A stretch of DNA of 57,465 nt, counting the filler, from Sluysia triapertura (taxonomy: Eukaryota): the NCBI GenBank assembly GCA_046118255.1. It is 4 parts of 4 records of this genome, joined end to end, with 100 filler letters (N's around TTAATTAATTAA, not from the genome) between each part and the next. Parts side by side here need not be neighbours in the genome. Positions count along the whole stretch, not along the records: positions 15,262 to 31,720 come from JBJNIA010203263.1; positions 31,821 to 46,523 come from JBJNIA010251419.1; 2 more parts are not named here. The stretch is one strand, 5' to 3'. The notes beneath the pieces were generated by a model, which ran no database searches, was not told the DNA's origin, and worked only from the letters and a program-made list of their open reading frames with translations. Within the stretch, counting starts at the first letter, position 1; every line of letters begins with the position of its first letter. Below, one piece after another: positions 25,568 to 38,979 of this stretch. The position numbers and the translations under genes are program-made.

Positions 25568-27277
25568 ATAAAAGATCATATTTTATTTTATATTTTACAA
25601 AATAATTTAATAAAATAATCACTTACGTTAGTTTAAAATATTAATCCGAATAAAATATTACATTTAATCCAAATATGAAGCAAATAAAAATTGATGAGAA
25701 TAAATCAAAAATCAATAAATAAATTAACAATATAAATTATTATCATATCAATTAATATAACAGATAGTTAAATGTGTGCTTTTCAAATCAATAAAGTTTT
25801 TTATCAATTACTACAAATCAAAATGTGTGTTTTATGTTTTTACAAAGTATGTATTTAAAAAATCAATAAAGTTTATTATGTTTTTCAAAATCATTATATG
25901 ATCAAGATTATGGTGCTACGAATTAAGTGAAAAATTGGAAAGGATACTTTGAAAACCTTAAATGGATGAATTGAATGTTTCAAAAGCAGACAATATCAGC
26001 TCAAAAGTTATTTCAGGAAAAGAAGTAGCAAATTTCAAAAATATAAATACTTTAGCATATTTTTGTTTTATGAATAAATGCTTATTAGAGCGTTCGTTAT
26101 TTTTTTAACGAAGAAGTTGGTGTTCGTTATATAGAGGTCTGAGGAATAAGATAATTATATTAAGACCATGTAACTTTCTAACAATATATTCATTATGTTG
26201 CAGATGTCAAGTCTATGTATGTAAATAACAAGTCTAATGCATGTTTCTAATCAATAATTATCAATAACTAAAGTCTATGTGTGTAAATAATTTCTAATCA
26301 ATATTTGTAACTGTTTTACACTTATGAAAATAAAGATCAATTATTAAAATAGAATTTATGTAGTTTAATAAAATTTATTTTGAATTTTCAAATTTTTATG
26401 CCAAATTAACATAGTTATTAGAAATTATTTACAATTAAATTAATTTATTTATTAAAAAATAATACCTTCTTTAAATCAATTAATTTAAATTCTACATGAA
26501 GGTCACTTCCAACAAGTTTATAAGATTAAACACAAATTACATTTCTTACAATTTTCATTTCGATATATTGACTTCTTGATATTCAAGTAATAGGAGATTT
26601 GGAACAAAATTATTTGACGGAGATTACCTCACGACTCATTTAAGAGGAAACACTTTGCGATTTATTTGACGGAGGATATTTCACTAGTCAATTGATACAG
26701 TAACGCCATCTTTACGTTTTTAGTCGTTTACCATAACCGAACCATGCAAAAATATATATGGGCATAAGTTTAGAGTTAAGAAAACCATAGCAGTATCTAC
26801 GTTTTATCTATGATATATTTTAGATTCTCGCATTCTTCCTTTGTATTTATGCGCTGGTTTCTGACTTATAAAGATTTTTATTTAAATATGCTTTTGAAGT
26901 TTTGAGCTGTCATTTAAATTGTTCTTGAATATTTTGATATTTTTAGATACAATTTTATTTAAAATGTTTTCATATTATTTGAACAATATTATTTGAGCAA
27001 TATTTTACCAAGGATTCTTATTATTATGGAAAAAATTTTATAAACTTGTAAATATAATAATCATTTTAAAATCATGTTACTAATAAAACCATTCTAATTT
27101 TCATCATTATTAGAAAAATCATTATGATTAAGAATAACTATTTATATTGAGATTACATAGAGGTACTATAAAATCAAAATTTAGTAATAAATAATAATCA
27201 TTTTAAATTGAAATTATATAGAGATAACACGAAATTAAAATTTAGTAATCACTTTAAATTAAAATATTTTATATTAA

Positions 27278-27349
27278 CACATTATGAGCAGGGCGGGTAT
27301 TACTACCCGTTTTATGTACTGTCACTTAAGAATACCCGCTCATAATGTG
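27278..27349. mobile_element. 72-bp piggyBac-type MITE with TTAA target duplication
   Basis: TTAA-CACATTATGAGC...CCCGCTCATAATGTG-TTAA. A longer copy begins at 31565. Confidence 0.8.
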
Positions 27350-27604
27350 TTAATAAAATATTTAATTAAAATTAATAAAATTCAAAATTTAATGAATACT
27401 ATTTCAGATCAAAAAATTAACTATAATAATAATTTATTGTTATAAATAATATTCATTAATTTGCTGTAAGAATATGAACTGTAATTTTACTGAATTATCT
27501 GCACAGAATATATTCCTGTTGTCAATAGATAATTCAGTGATTATATTGTGAATTGAATTTTGCATTGCATAGTGGACAAAATAGACACAGCATAACGTAT
27601 GCAA

Positions 27605-27772
27605 CCATTATTGTGCTAATTTAATTACTAAACAATTGTAACCACTATTGTGCTAATTCGCCACTCATTACCAAATAATTACAAATACTATTGTGCTAAT
27701 TTGGTATCACTTACTGAACAATTGTAGACATTATTGTGTTGATTCAATATTTTTTATCGAACCATTGCGAAT
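27605..27772. repeat. Degenerate minisatellite, ~4 units of ~43 bp
   Basis: Core (c/t)tattgtgctaatt recurs with similar intervening sequence (ttac..aa.aattg). Confidence 0.7.
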
Positions 27773-29079
27773 ATAAAAGTAAATCTCAATCAGCTTAGTA
27801 AGTTAATTATTTGTTAATTATTGATCCGAATAATACACTAGCAAAGATTACTAAGTAAAACTTTTTTAAAGATTTATTATTGCTGTAATTAGTTAATTAC
27901 CATTAGTGAAGGTCTTATAATAAAATTGAAACCTTGATAAATAGAATAAATTTGGTACAAGGAACCAAGAGTATTGTAAAACGAGAATTAAGGTTTTTGA
28001 TAAATAAAGTTTTAAAGTTTGGTAAGATAGAACAAGATTCTCAGATATTATTAAAGCGTACCTAAATAAATACAGGAATTTAAATACAATTTGTGAGATT
28101 TCGGAGAATAAACATTTTGTCAAGCACTTCCATCCCGAACAACTGAAACAAGTATACTACTTATGACATTAAAGATAAATATTTCGAATTAAATGGGATT
28201 GTGATTAAAGTTGAAATTAATCTATAATTGATATCTATCAGGACATATATAATAAAAGGACTCAACGTGAGAATAAATTACCATATTATTAAATATTTAA
28301 AGAACACACGAATACTCATAATTTTTACAAAATTAGATCATATGATAAAAAGGTATAACATATTTATACTAAACGTATAGTATATTTATAATAAATCCAA
28401 GTATTGTTATTTGGAAAAGAACTATATTTTTAAATTTATATCATTTTATAATTTAATATAGTACTTTTTAATGATTCTAAATGTCAAAGTTAACAGAATA
28501 ACTCTCTTTAAAAATTTCATATAATTGAAATATAGATATTTATACAAACATTATGATTGGCATTATGCATGTTCGTGTAAAAATATTCAGTACAATCAAT
28601 TATTAAAAAGTTGTCATATTTTTCCTTAAATATTTAATCAATTTTAATTCTTAAAAATATAATTTACAGATTTTACTAATTAAAAAGAATAGTGCAAAAT
28701 AAATTAAGAAAATTTTAATTGTAAGCTTGATTAAAATTACAACGATTTAATTAGGATTTTATAAATATTAATGTAAGAACAAATAATTATAGAGCAATTA
28801 TTTATAAGCTTGATATATAAAACTAAATTTTAGAATTAGTCATTAAAATAAAACAATTAGTTTCAGATCGCAAATTTTATTATTAAAATAATTACAATTA
28901 AGATTACATTAAAGAAATTAATTAATTCCACTAAAATATTTTGTATTATAATGGTATAAATATTTAATTATTTAAAAAATCTAAAAAATTAACTGAATAT
29001 ACCCTAAAAGCCGCATCTTCAATAAAAAAAAAAGAAATATCAAAAAATATGATGAAAAAATAAGAAATAAAAATTTATC

Positions 29080-29340
29080 CAAAACCTTCAACTTTCTCTA
29101 TCCAATCTTAGTGATAATTGATTTCTTTTCATAAAATTATGGATCTAAGAATCATGTCCTTTAAATTCAATGATTTACAGTCGGTTTGCAATTTATTAGA
29201 TAAAACAGAAACTTGTTTACGTTCTTTTCGTTGCTTTAAAACCCAATTTTTTAATTCAATCTCAAGTTCGGGCCATCATGGATTTTCCTTCTTCCTTGCC
29301 CTTTTTGTTGTCTTTGCATTTTTTATTGTTTACAGTTTTT
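29080..29340 (-). mobile_element. pogo (POGK-like) transposase HTH remnant
   Basis: KRARKKENP*WPELEIELKNWVLKQRKERKQVS...IHNFMKRNQLSLR. Confidence 0.7.
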
Positions 29341-31564
29341 TTCTTGACTGTATATAAGTCATTATTATTAGAACAAAGGTTGAACTTGAAATGTGTCTCA
29401 TCTAAATAAAAAAAGTCAGTTCGTCTTGTATTCAAGATTTTAGGGTAGTAAAAGAATTAATGTGAGTCAAATTTCACAACAAATCTCAAACATTTAGAAT
29501 TAGAATTAGAATTAGCATTTAGAATAACTTTTCGACATAAATTTTAAAGAAATTAGTTTTTACTAAATAATAATTGCAATATTTTAATTGTAGACTTCAT
29601 ATTAATTAACTTGTCATTTTAAGTTTGCCAAAAATTTGTTTCTCATTATATCTGCTTCAATCGATTTTAATTCAATCAATTACCAAGAATCATTTCATTA
29701 AATTTACATAAAGATTCAATGAGTATGGATCTCATTATTTAATTTACGAAATCAAATGCGATTTCATCATAATTAAATACTAAATTAGATATAAATCAGT
29801 TGCCTTGTAAAAAACAATATAACATTAATATATAGTACTCCAAATCCAGGGATGACGTAATATTAGTATCTTACAGTCAAGTATATATTTTTATCACAAT
29901 ACAATAACTTGTAAAAATGAATTTTAGTCAATTTCTAAATAAAAACTTAAGTGTAGAAGTAATTTTATTGCAGTATGAAACATTCATTGTAACAACAATT
30001 AAATTGTTTATAAAGCATTTAGATAATTTCTATGAAATTGGAAAGTTGACTTAATTAATCCACATTGAGATGGTACGTACCTATTCATTTAAATCTGTTT
30101 TAATAAAGAGAAATTGAACATTAATATCGAATTTCTGTCTCAGTAATTACCCCCAAAATAGTGAACTTTATAAAAAAACAAGTTTAAACAGATAATAAAA
30201 TCCAAATTTACCTGATAATTATAAAAATAACCAATATTATAATAATAGATCAACCTAATTTGATATAACATAATAAATTTTTTAATACAATATGTTATGA
30301 AAAATGAAAGTTCAAAATTGAGATATGTTTATGATTGTGTATGGTATATATTTGATGGTTTACTGTTGTTATGATATTGAAAGTATTATTTTGTTTTGTA
30401 AGGAATAAATCTATACGATGTGTAGTGAATCACTATATTGAGATTTTATATTGTCACAAAATTTAAGTCCTATAAATTTGAGATTATTTATGTTTTCACT
30501 AACAGTTAAAAAATTAAAATAAAAATTATATACAATTAAAGATCTATCTTTATGTTGTGCCATGTAACTGATTAGCTTAGATATTTATGTCTGAATTTAA
30601 TGTAGGCATGGTACATTGTTACATCCTTTTTCACTAAAAATTATTCATTAATTTGAAATAGGCCGCATCTAAATTATATATTTTATTATCTATTATCATT
30701 AGTATATTCGTAATAATGATTAATATTATTATTTTAGAGTAATTGTTATATTTATATTATTACTGAGTCAAATTAATGTTTTGTACTGTCTAAAGAAATA
30801 GGTATATGAGGAAGAGTAAATTAATTTGAAAAATATTTACACATGAAAATAATTGTGATTTTAAACAACGTTTTAAATTGACACACTGAAGTGATTATAT
30901 AATTTTAAGAAGAACGATGGTGTTCAGCATATTGCAACATTATTGAGTGAAATTTGTGTTTATTGAAAACTTTCTATCACTTTTTGAAATTTCTTCACAT
31001 ACTTTTCGAATTGAAATTTTCCTATTACTATCCAAATATGATATTATGTCAAGTTTCTTTTCCATATGTGGAAATATTTTATCGCAGCATGACTTATTTA
31101 TATTCAATTGTGACGTTCAGCAGCGGTCAGTTTGACTTCACTAGATAATTTGAAATGTCAAAATGCATAAAAAATATGAAAATAAAAATTATAAAATAAA
31201 TCAAAATATTTAAATACCTGCAAAGGAAACATCTTAAAATAAGAAAGTAAATGAAAGATTTAAAAGAATGCAAAAAACAGTTGTTAACTAACTAATTGAC
31301 AAAATTAAAAAAAACGGAAAGATAAAGAAGTGAATAAAATAAGATGAGCAAACACAAACTTTAACGAAGAAGTACATTGGTTTTTAAATTGAAATATCTA
31401 ATAAGTAAAATAAGTTTGTTCACCACTTTTATCTTACTTTATTCTAAATTACATTAAAAATTATTTACAGATTATATAAGATTAAAGATTTGTTATTGTA
31501 TTAGTAAAATAATTTATTCAACATCAATTGAATGTGTTTTAATTGTATATTATATGCTAATTAA

Positions 31565-31720
31565 CACATTATGAGCGGGCGGGTATTAATACCCGTTTTA
31601 TGGACTGTCACTTAAGGACGGCTGAGTATGTCATTTGAAAAGCATTTTTTAAAAGCGGGGCAAGGTATTAGTAACAGTTGGCTATCATGTGCGATATTTA
31701 AATAAATACGAATATTATTT
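31565..31720 (+). mobile_element. Left end of a longer piggyBac-type element, running into a gap
   Basis: TTAA-CACATTATGAGCGGGCGGGTATTAATACCCG, near-identical to 27278-27330. Confidence 0.75.
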
Positions 31721-31820
31721 NNNNNNNNNNNNNNNNNNNNNNNNNNNNNNNNNNNNNNNNNNNNTTAATTAATTAANNNNNNNNNNNNNNNNNNNNNNNN
31801 NNNNNNNNNNNNNNNNNNNN
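31721..31820. other. Artificial scaffold spacer
   Basis: N44-TTAATTAATTAA-N44. Confidence 0.95.
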
Positions 31821-32469
31821 TCTCGAACAAAAATTTTAATATTTATAAAAAATTGTCTTCTAACTGTTGTGTTGATAATGTTTTTTGCAAGTGTATTAAA
31901 AAAACAAAATAATATATTTTATATTTTAAAAAATTAGTTTATAAAAATAGGATCACGTTAAATTATGATTTTACGAAAATATTTTAAGAAAAATTTATGA
32001 TAATTTTAATTAAAATTAAAAAATAAAATAAAATTAAACATACTTTCCAATAATAATAATTTGTAAATCAATAATTAATAAAATTAGCACAAATTGATGA
32101 TTTGATTCAAAATAATAGTAAAAATCAATAATTAATAGAATATTCACATAAAATGTTAAATATATTATCAATTAGTCACACAATTTAAATCATTGTTAAA
32201 AGTAAATTGTAGATTAGTCATTAATTGCTAGCACATAAAATAAATTAGCACATAAAATAAATTGTAGATTAGCCATCATTACAAATGGATCAAAAGTGGC
32301 ATAAAATATTATGAGATGTACTATTTTGTGAGAAATAAGGTTTTTAATTTTGAGTAAAAGGTTGGCCACCACATATTCCGCATTTTGCTATCTAGAACAA
32401 GAATGAAAATTAAATTGTCTAAAAAATAAAAAATAAGAAAAATTATATTTCGATTATTGAGATGACTAT

Positions 32470-32820
32470 TGTTATTGCATTTTCCTGAAAAGTATTTCAG
32501 CAAGTTTTCCATTCTAAATAAATGGTTCGTTTAAGCAGTACTCTGGAGATTACCATTCGCAATTTGATTAATCGTGTGTGCAAAAGGGCATTCGATTCCT
32601 TATTTAGTGCAATGGACAAAATTTCGTTTTAATAACTTGACTTCGGATTGATTCATATTTGAAGTGTTTTTGAAATATTGGATTGATAAAAATTGATGAT
32701 TGATCCGTCACCTTGTTGGTAACAAATACCTTCGAAATTTAGAAGAAACCGCGTTGTGACACAAGCGGAACATCATAGCATCTTCGTTAATTATTTCCTT
32801 GAGTTGAGTATTTATTTGTG
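32470..32820 (-). pseudogene. Decayed CCCH zinc-finger gene fragment
   Basis: Frame QINTQLKEIINEDAMMFRLCHNAVSSKFRRYLLPTR*...LLKRNFVHCTK*GIECPFAHTINQI has C-x6-C-x3-H at 32611-32576, with the first Cys lost. Confidence 0.5.
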
Positions 32821-33582
32821 ACACATGAATTTGTGTCTATGAAACAAATTTGATTCAGAATTGAAATAGATTCTGTATTTTACTTAAGTAAAACTGGAAT
32901 CATGTCTGCTAAATCAATCTGTTCAGATCGGCAAAATATTCTGCACAGTTTATCGAATATCCAAAAATCTTATACTGCTTTTATTTTACAATTTGCGTTT
33001 TAATCGTAATATGTTTTAATATGTTTTAATATGTTTAATAACAGACTGAATTGTTAGTTATGAAATAATAATATATATTTATTTTGCCGTTATCATCTAC
33101 TTTTGTACATTTAATTTAAGCCATGAAACACTTTATCTTATTATTTTTACGCTATTAAAATCGTCATAATAATCTTTTTTGCAATTTTATAATAAAATTA
33201 AAAATCACTATCATTATATAACATGTCATCATTAGCTTCTTCGTTACTATCATCAATATTTGTTCCACTAATAGGTATTAAATTTACTGTACAAGTAAAA
33301 GAAAATATACAACCGTTATTATAATTTATAAGCATTTTATCGATAGCATTAGTGTTATTCGTAATGTTTACATCGAGTTGAATCGCACTATATTTGTTTA
33401 CACAACACGATTTTGGTAGATACCTTTGAGACATTATCATTCAATAAGTAAATTTTTATTTTTATTTTGTTGCTCTCAGTTATTCAAAACTTTTTATTAT
33501 TACTTTTTAACAGTATTATTAGGTTACGACATAAAATTTTTTTAATGATAATTTTTTGATAATATAATGACATTTTTGATTG

Positions 33583-33721
33583 GTTGTCCAACCAGAGGTA
33601 TTTAAGAGTAGCGTTGAAATTCACTCTGGTTGGACAACTAGTAATAATACGAGCAAAAAAGTTTTGTTATAGACAACCACTATCAATGATGACAACTAAA
33701 CTATGTCACCATTGATAGTGG
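33583..33721. repeat. Two tandem inverted repeats (hairpins)
   Basis: gttgtccaaccagag (33583-33597) / ctctggttggacaac (33624-33638) is a perfect 15 bp pair. ccactatcaatgatgaca (33677-33694) / tgtcaccattgatagtgg (33704-33721) pairs at 17 of 18. Confidence 0.9.
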
Positions 33722-35268
33722 CGATCATTGGAATGCAGTTTAATTAAAATTTAATAAAATGAAAATATAATAATATTAATAATAATAATAACGACTCTAA
33801 TAATAATATTATTATTACGCATAAATTCTTGAATGTTCTTGATGTTAACATAATATTTCTTTTACATCTTTAATTTCTCAACATATTTGAATTTAATTCC
33901 TTGGAATACTTGAAAATGAGATTGTTTTAAGGTGTTAAATATTTTGAAATAATATAAATGTTTTATGTGGATATTAAAATACGCCTTAATGTTCTGAATG
34001 AAAGAATGTTAAACGGGTGTAGTTTCGTGAATGAAAAGAAGATAAGTTACAGTCTAGCTTTTGATATGTTCAAAAGTGATTGTATTGTGTTGAAAATATG
34101 ATTTATTTACTTGCTGTTTTTAAGTGATCTTGTCTTTTTGGGATAAATTATAACCGCTCATTAATTTAGATTGTTTGAATTGATTTGAAGGTGTCTGTAA
34201 GTTGATTTCGAATGTGATTGAAAGTGAATTGTTAAGAGATGAAGAATAAAATAATTTGGATGAATTTTTTAATGTAAATTGATGGTTTTGAATGTGATTG
34301 TGGTTTGTATGTTATGAGATTTTAGATTTTAAAATGTTCTGAAAATGAGTGTTGATTTTGGTGGATCTGAAAAGAAATAAGATATAGGAACATTTCGACG
34401 AATTCTACAAAGTTGTTGTGTGGTGTTGAAAAGGATGTGATTTTAGTTATGCTTGTATTGAATTGTGAATTTAAAAATATGAGTTGTAGATTTTGAGGGT
34501 GAGTGTTATATTTACATAGGATTATGTAGAAAAATGTTTTAATGAGTTTTGAAGTGTATGTTGTATATTTTAAAGATGTATGTGGTTTTAATGTTTAAAT
34601 GAAAATTTTAATAAAATTTGTTAAAATTAATGGGTTGGCCACCACAAATCTGAAAAGGTAATATAAAGTAATTTTGACAATAAAATTATGATAACAATTA
34701 TGAAAATGAAATTTTAGTTGAATTAATACGTAGTATAATGTGATAATAAAAAATTATTATGAGAGTTATTATTGTGATAGAAGTTATTATAACAATAAAC
34801 ATAACTAATGATAATTATATACAATGGCTATGTTAATTTATTTATTTAGTGTTTTGTTTATGTAAGAAATGTTCATTTGTGATTTTGATGTAAAAACGTG
34901 GAGTTCTCAACAAGGGCTATCAGAATTTATACCCAGTATTAATAATATTTTTATTATTTAATATTACTATTAGTTGTTTAATGTTATTATAAATTTAATA
35001 TTATTATCGTTATTATAATTAAAATTACTATTTGTATATTAATACTTGGTACACTCTTGACATAATAAAGCCGCGGTAAAATATGATCCACAAAAAGTGA
35101 ATTTATGATTTGAAAATGTTTGTTAAAACCTTCTTAAAATTTTATTACAAAAATAAAGTTTACGTTATTCATGATAAATTTTTTAATTCATTTTAATATT
35201 GATTTAAGAGTAGGATTATTGAGACATTAATATATGAATTAAATAAGATTTGAATAAATTAAATTAAT

Positions 35269-36986
35269 ATGGAGAAAAAAAAATATTCTCCAAAACATAT
35301 TAATAAAATTCAAACCAAATTTATAGAAGAAATACATTTATATAAGCAGCAATTAAAAGAAATTAAAAAAGATTTTATTGATACCACGACATTACATGGA
35401 CCTAATCATATATATTCAACTAGAGGTATAACGCATTATTACTATATTGTTATTGTTACATTTATGTCTATTATGTTTTTGTGTCACAGCTTATTTCTAA
35501 TTTATCAATATTCAAAATTTCCTATGAACACAAATGTTAAATATCAAAATGTGCCTTACACATATCCTGATATTACAATATGTCCATCGTCAGGATCAAC
35601 AGAAATTTTGCTCAACAAATCCTTATTAGCCAGAAATAATTACAATAAATTGAGTCAGTTCTGGCGTTTAAAGAAAATACCCTTCCAGTCTTATTATAAA
35701 AATTTAAAAAAAAGTTTCATAAAACATTTTTATTCAAATGCTGAAATGATCGGACGATTGCCATATCATCATTTTTTATATTGCAGACTAAATTTAAGGA
35801 GCTGTCTACAAAATATTTATATCACAGAGCATCCAAATTATTATCGTTGTTTCACATTAAGTGTTGATGCACAATCTGTGTTACCAGGACCTACTCATGG
35901 AATTTCACTTTTGATTCACAGAGGTGATTTGTCAAAAGTAAAATTACAACTGAATGATGAATTTACTTATGAAGAACAAGCCAGTATTGAAGATGGGGAT
36001 CAAGATAAATATTTCAATTTAAATATTGGTTTTCATGATCTAAATACATTCCCAAATTTTAACTTAATGGCTCTACCGGCTTCAACAAGAATATCATTTG
36101 GTAAGTAATATTATTTTTACAAAGTTATTTTGACATTATAGGTGAAAAGGTAACAATCACTCTCGATTTAACTTCATATAATGCAGCTAACATGGCAAAT
36201 AGACCATGTAAACTAGCAAAAGATGTTCCAAATATTAAATTAATTCGTAATGATATGCATTCGATGGATTATCATAGAAATGAAGAAAGTAAATCGAATC
36301 AAAAATTTCTTGAATTTTTTTACCTTCGACAATCCTGCATAGCATCAATGCGACAAAAATTAATATTTGAAAAGTGTGGATGTTTTAGCGAAGAATTTAA
36401 TATTCCATATGATATGGATAAATATGGGCCAATTTGGTGTTTAGATGTTGAAAGAGGAACTGATAAAATTGTTAACATTGACATAACAATACAATGTTTG
36501 GGACAAATTAGTTTAATGACAGAAAACGAGGTTTTATTTAATTATGTGAAAAATAATTCTAAGAATAAATTTATCGATTCTTTTAACATATGCCCATTGC
36601 GTTGCGATCGTATGATACATAATATTCATTCAATATTCCGTGATAAATTACAATCACAAATTTCAATGAGTAATTTTCTGAATTACTTTGAATACCTTAA
36701 TCTTAATGGTTATAAAAATCAATACTTAAATGAAACATCATTAGTTAATCCAGAAGATTTAATTGCACTTGATATAAACGCAGTGTCGGAACAAGTCAAT
36801 GAAATTATTGAAACTCCAGCTTTTACTATAGTAACTTTGATCAGTCAAATTGGTTGTATTTCTGGATTGTATGTTGGCATAACGGTGTTTACTTTATTCG
36901 AATTATTCGAAGTTTTTGTTAGAATCTTTGGTTTATCCATTATACTTTTTATTAAATGGATTCGTTACAGACGTTTTTTGAAATGA
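35269..36986 (+). CDS. DEG/ENaC (amiloride-sensitive sodium channel family) subunit, 558 aa, 2 exons
   Basis: Exons 35269-36100 and 36142-36986 join in frame across a 41-nt GTAAGT...TAG intron. Motifs: FIDTTTLHG, TM1, YPDITICP, YYRCFT, Cys-rich thumb (CGC, CPLRC), and TM2 ISQIGCISGLYVGITVFTLFELFE. Confidence 0.95.
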
Positions 36987-37160
36987 ATTACATACTTTCT
37001 ATAGATTTCAATACTATTAGAATTGTACTGCTTTAAAATTATAATGAGTTTTCAATAAATTTAAATATATGCAAACTTAAAATTAAGTTGTTTAATTAAT
37101 ATTTATTTCTATGACGACAACATTTATTTTAAATTCTTTCTAATTAATTTTTTCAAACGT

Positions 37161-37803
37161 ATGAAATCTAAGTTACTAATATGGACTGATATTTCTTTAT
37201 CAGAAGCAGAAATTTTATTAAGAAATACTAATGACGATGCATTAAGAGAAGATATTTGTGGCATATTTAAGTCACAATTAAATGAAACTGATATTAAACA
37301 AGAAATAATTATAGATTTATACTTTTATGCTGTAAAGTTTTCTATAAACAAGAAATTTACTGAAATCCAACTTTCGGTATTATTAAGTATATTAAAAAAT
37401 ATCCATGCAATAAATACTGGTTTGTTCATAATTTCAATAAAATATATTTATTGTAAAAATAGAAACATCGTTTGATAATTCAGAAGAAGTTTGGAATTAT
37501 TTTACCGATACTTTGAAATTGCATTCCGTTCATGTATTTGGTTATTTTAAAAATTAATTTTTAATAGCGGCCACCTTTCAGTTTAGAAATTTATAATGTT
37601 GATGAATTTAAAGATGTTTTTAACTACGTAACTGATACATATATAAAACATATTAAAATGTACAAGTACACCTTCACACCCGAAGTATTATTTTAATTTT
37701 GTATAATTCTGTTAGGTTCTTTTAGATTTAAATATCGAATATCCAAATTTATTAGAACCAGAAAGTGAACAAGAATTAGAAAACATCAAAGATGCCGCTG
37801 AAG
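37161..37803 (+). CDS. CFAP119: CFAP119/CCDC189-like ciliary central-pair (C1a-32 family) protein, exons 1-4
   Basis: Exons 37161-37419, 37463-37533, 37568-37684 and 37716-37803 (introns of 43, 34 and 31 nt) splice to ...IIDLYFYAVKF...KF..IQLSVLLSI...HSVH|RPPFSLEIY...YVTDTYIKHIKMYKYTFTP. Confidence 0.85.
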
Positions 37804-38979
37804 GTTTGTGCATTTATAAATGTTTTAAAAATATTTAGACATGTCTCAATTAGATTTTATTTTCGTTATTAAATGTATTCTAATTTTTTACCAAATATTT
37901 ATTAAATGAAATGATATTGAAGCTATTATAAAAGAAAATGAAAAAAAATAACTTGTTAATAAAATTAGAGAAATTTATTAATTATTATTGGTTATTTCAA
38001 TGGAAATAATTTAGAATTTTCATGAATTATATGCCGGAAAAGAGATTTGTGCTAGTAAGGAATTAGAAATACTAACTGATGATAAAGTGGAAATAAATTA
38101 AATCAAGAACCAAATAAAAACGAAATTTTAAACAAACAATTTAATCAAAAATCGAATAATTTTAATAAAAGCTACGTAATTGTTTTCATATAGGTTGAAG
38201 ACAAAACTAATTAAAGTCTTCTGGGTTAAATAATTATAAAAAGCAAGCGGCAACTTATTGATTTTAATGATAATGAAAGTATTAAATCCGCTAACCACAG
38301 TATTAAGCAATCTCATTTTAATTACATGTTAGAAAATCCACATTTATATAAATTGATCTATTAATTAAATTTTCGACGCTCTAGCTCTAAAAGATTTAAG
38401 TTTTTGTTGTAGCCAAGTATCAGCTACGACTATAACAATAAATTTAACAGCTAATACTTCTACATAGAAATAATTAACTCAAATTTCAACATAATTATTT
38501 ATATTTTCTCGTCTTATTAAATTTTCTAAGCAATCTTTACATTCACATTGATTTTATACACTACACAGTCATATCCAAACGCAATCGTAACCTCAACCAG
38601 AAACTACTACCTTACAGTAACATTTACTATAACATTCAATTTTATCACTGCTACATGACATCACAGAAACATGCACATGCAATCCAATACTTTTATCAAA
38701 TCATTGTCAATAACAATAATTACTTGAGATCTTATGTATATTAAAATTCTTGTGTATTATTGCTATATGTTTTCAATAATTATAACGGATTTAAATCGGT
38801 TATAAATTAACGTAATCTTTTGTACTATTATTGTTCCTACTATTTTATATTACTATTTCTATTCATATGCTCGTTATTGTGAGTAGATAATAATTATTTT
38901 ATATAATAAAAAATTAATTAAAAACAAAGTGAAGATCTAATTTATTCACTGAATGAATTTAATCATTTAATATTGAATA

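Noticed and set aside
27605-27772. Repeat-spacer-like array suggesting CRISPR
   Set aside because: The spacers resemble each other, the core is short and degenerate, the context is eukaryotic and there are no cas genes. It is a minisatellite.
32321-32400. MWWP as a piggyBac or integrase motif
   Set aside because: No supporting transposase or integrase residues around it.
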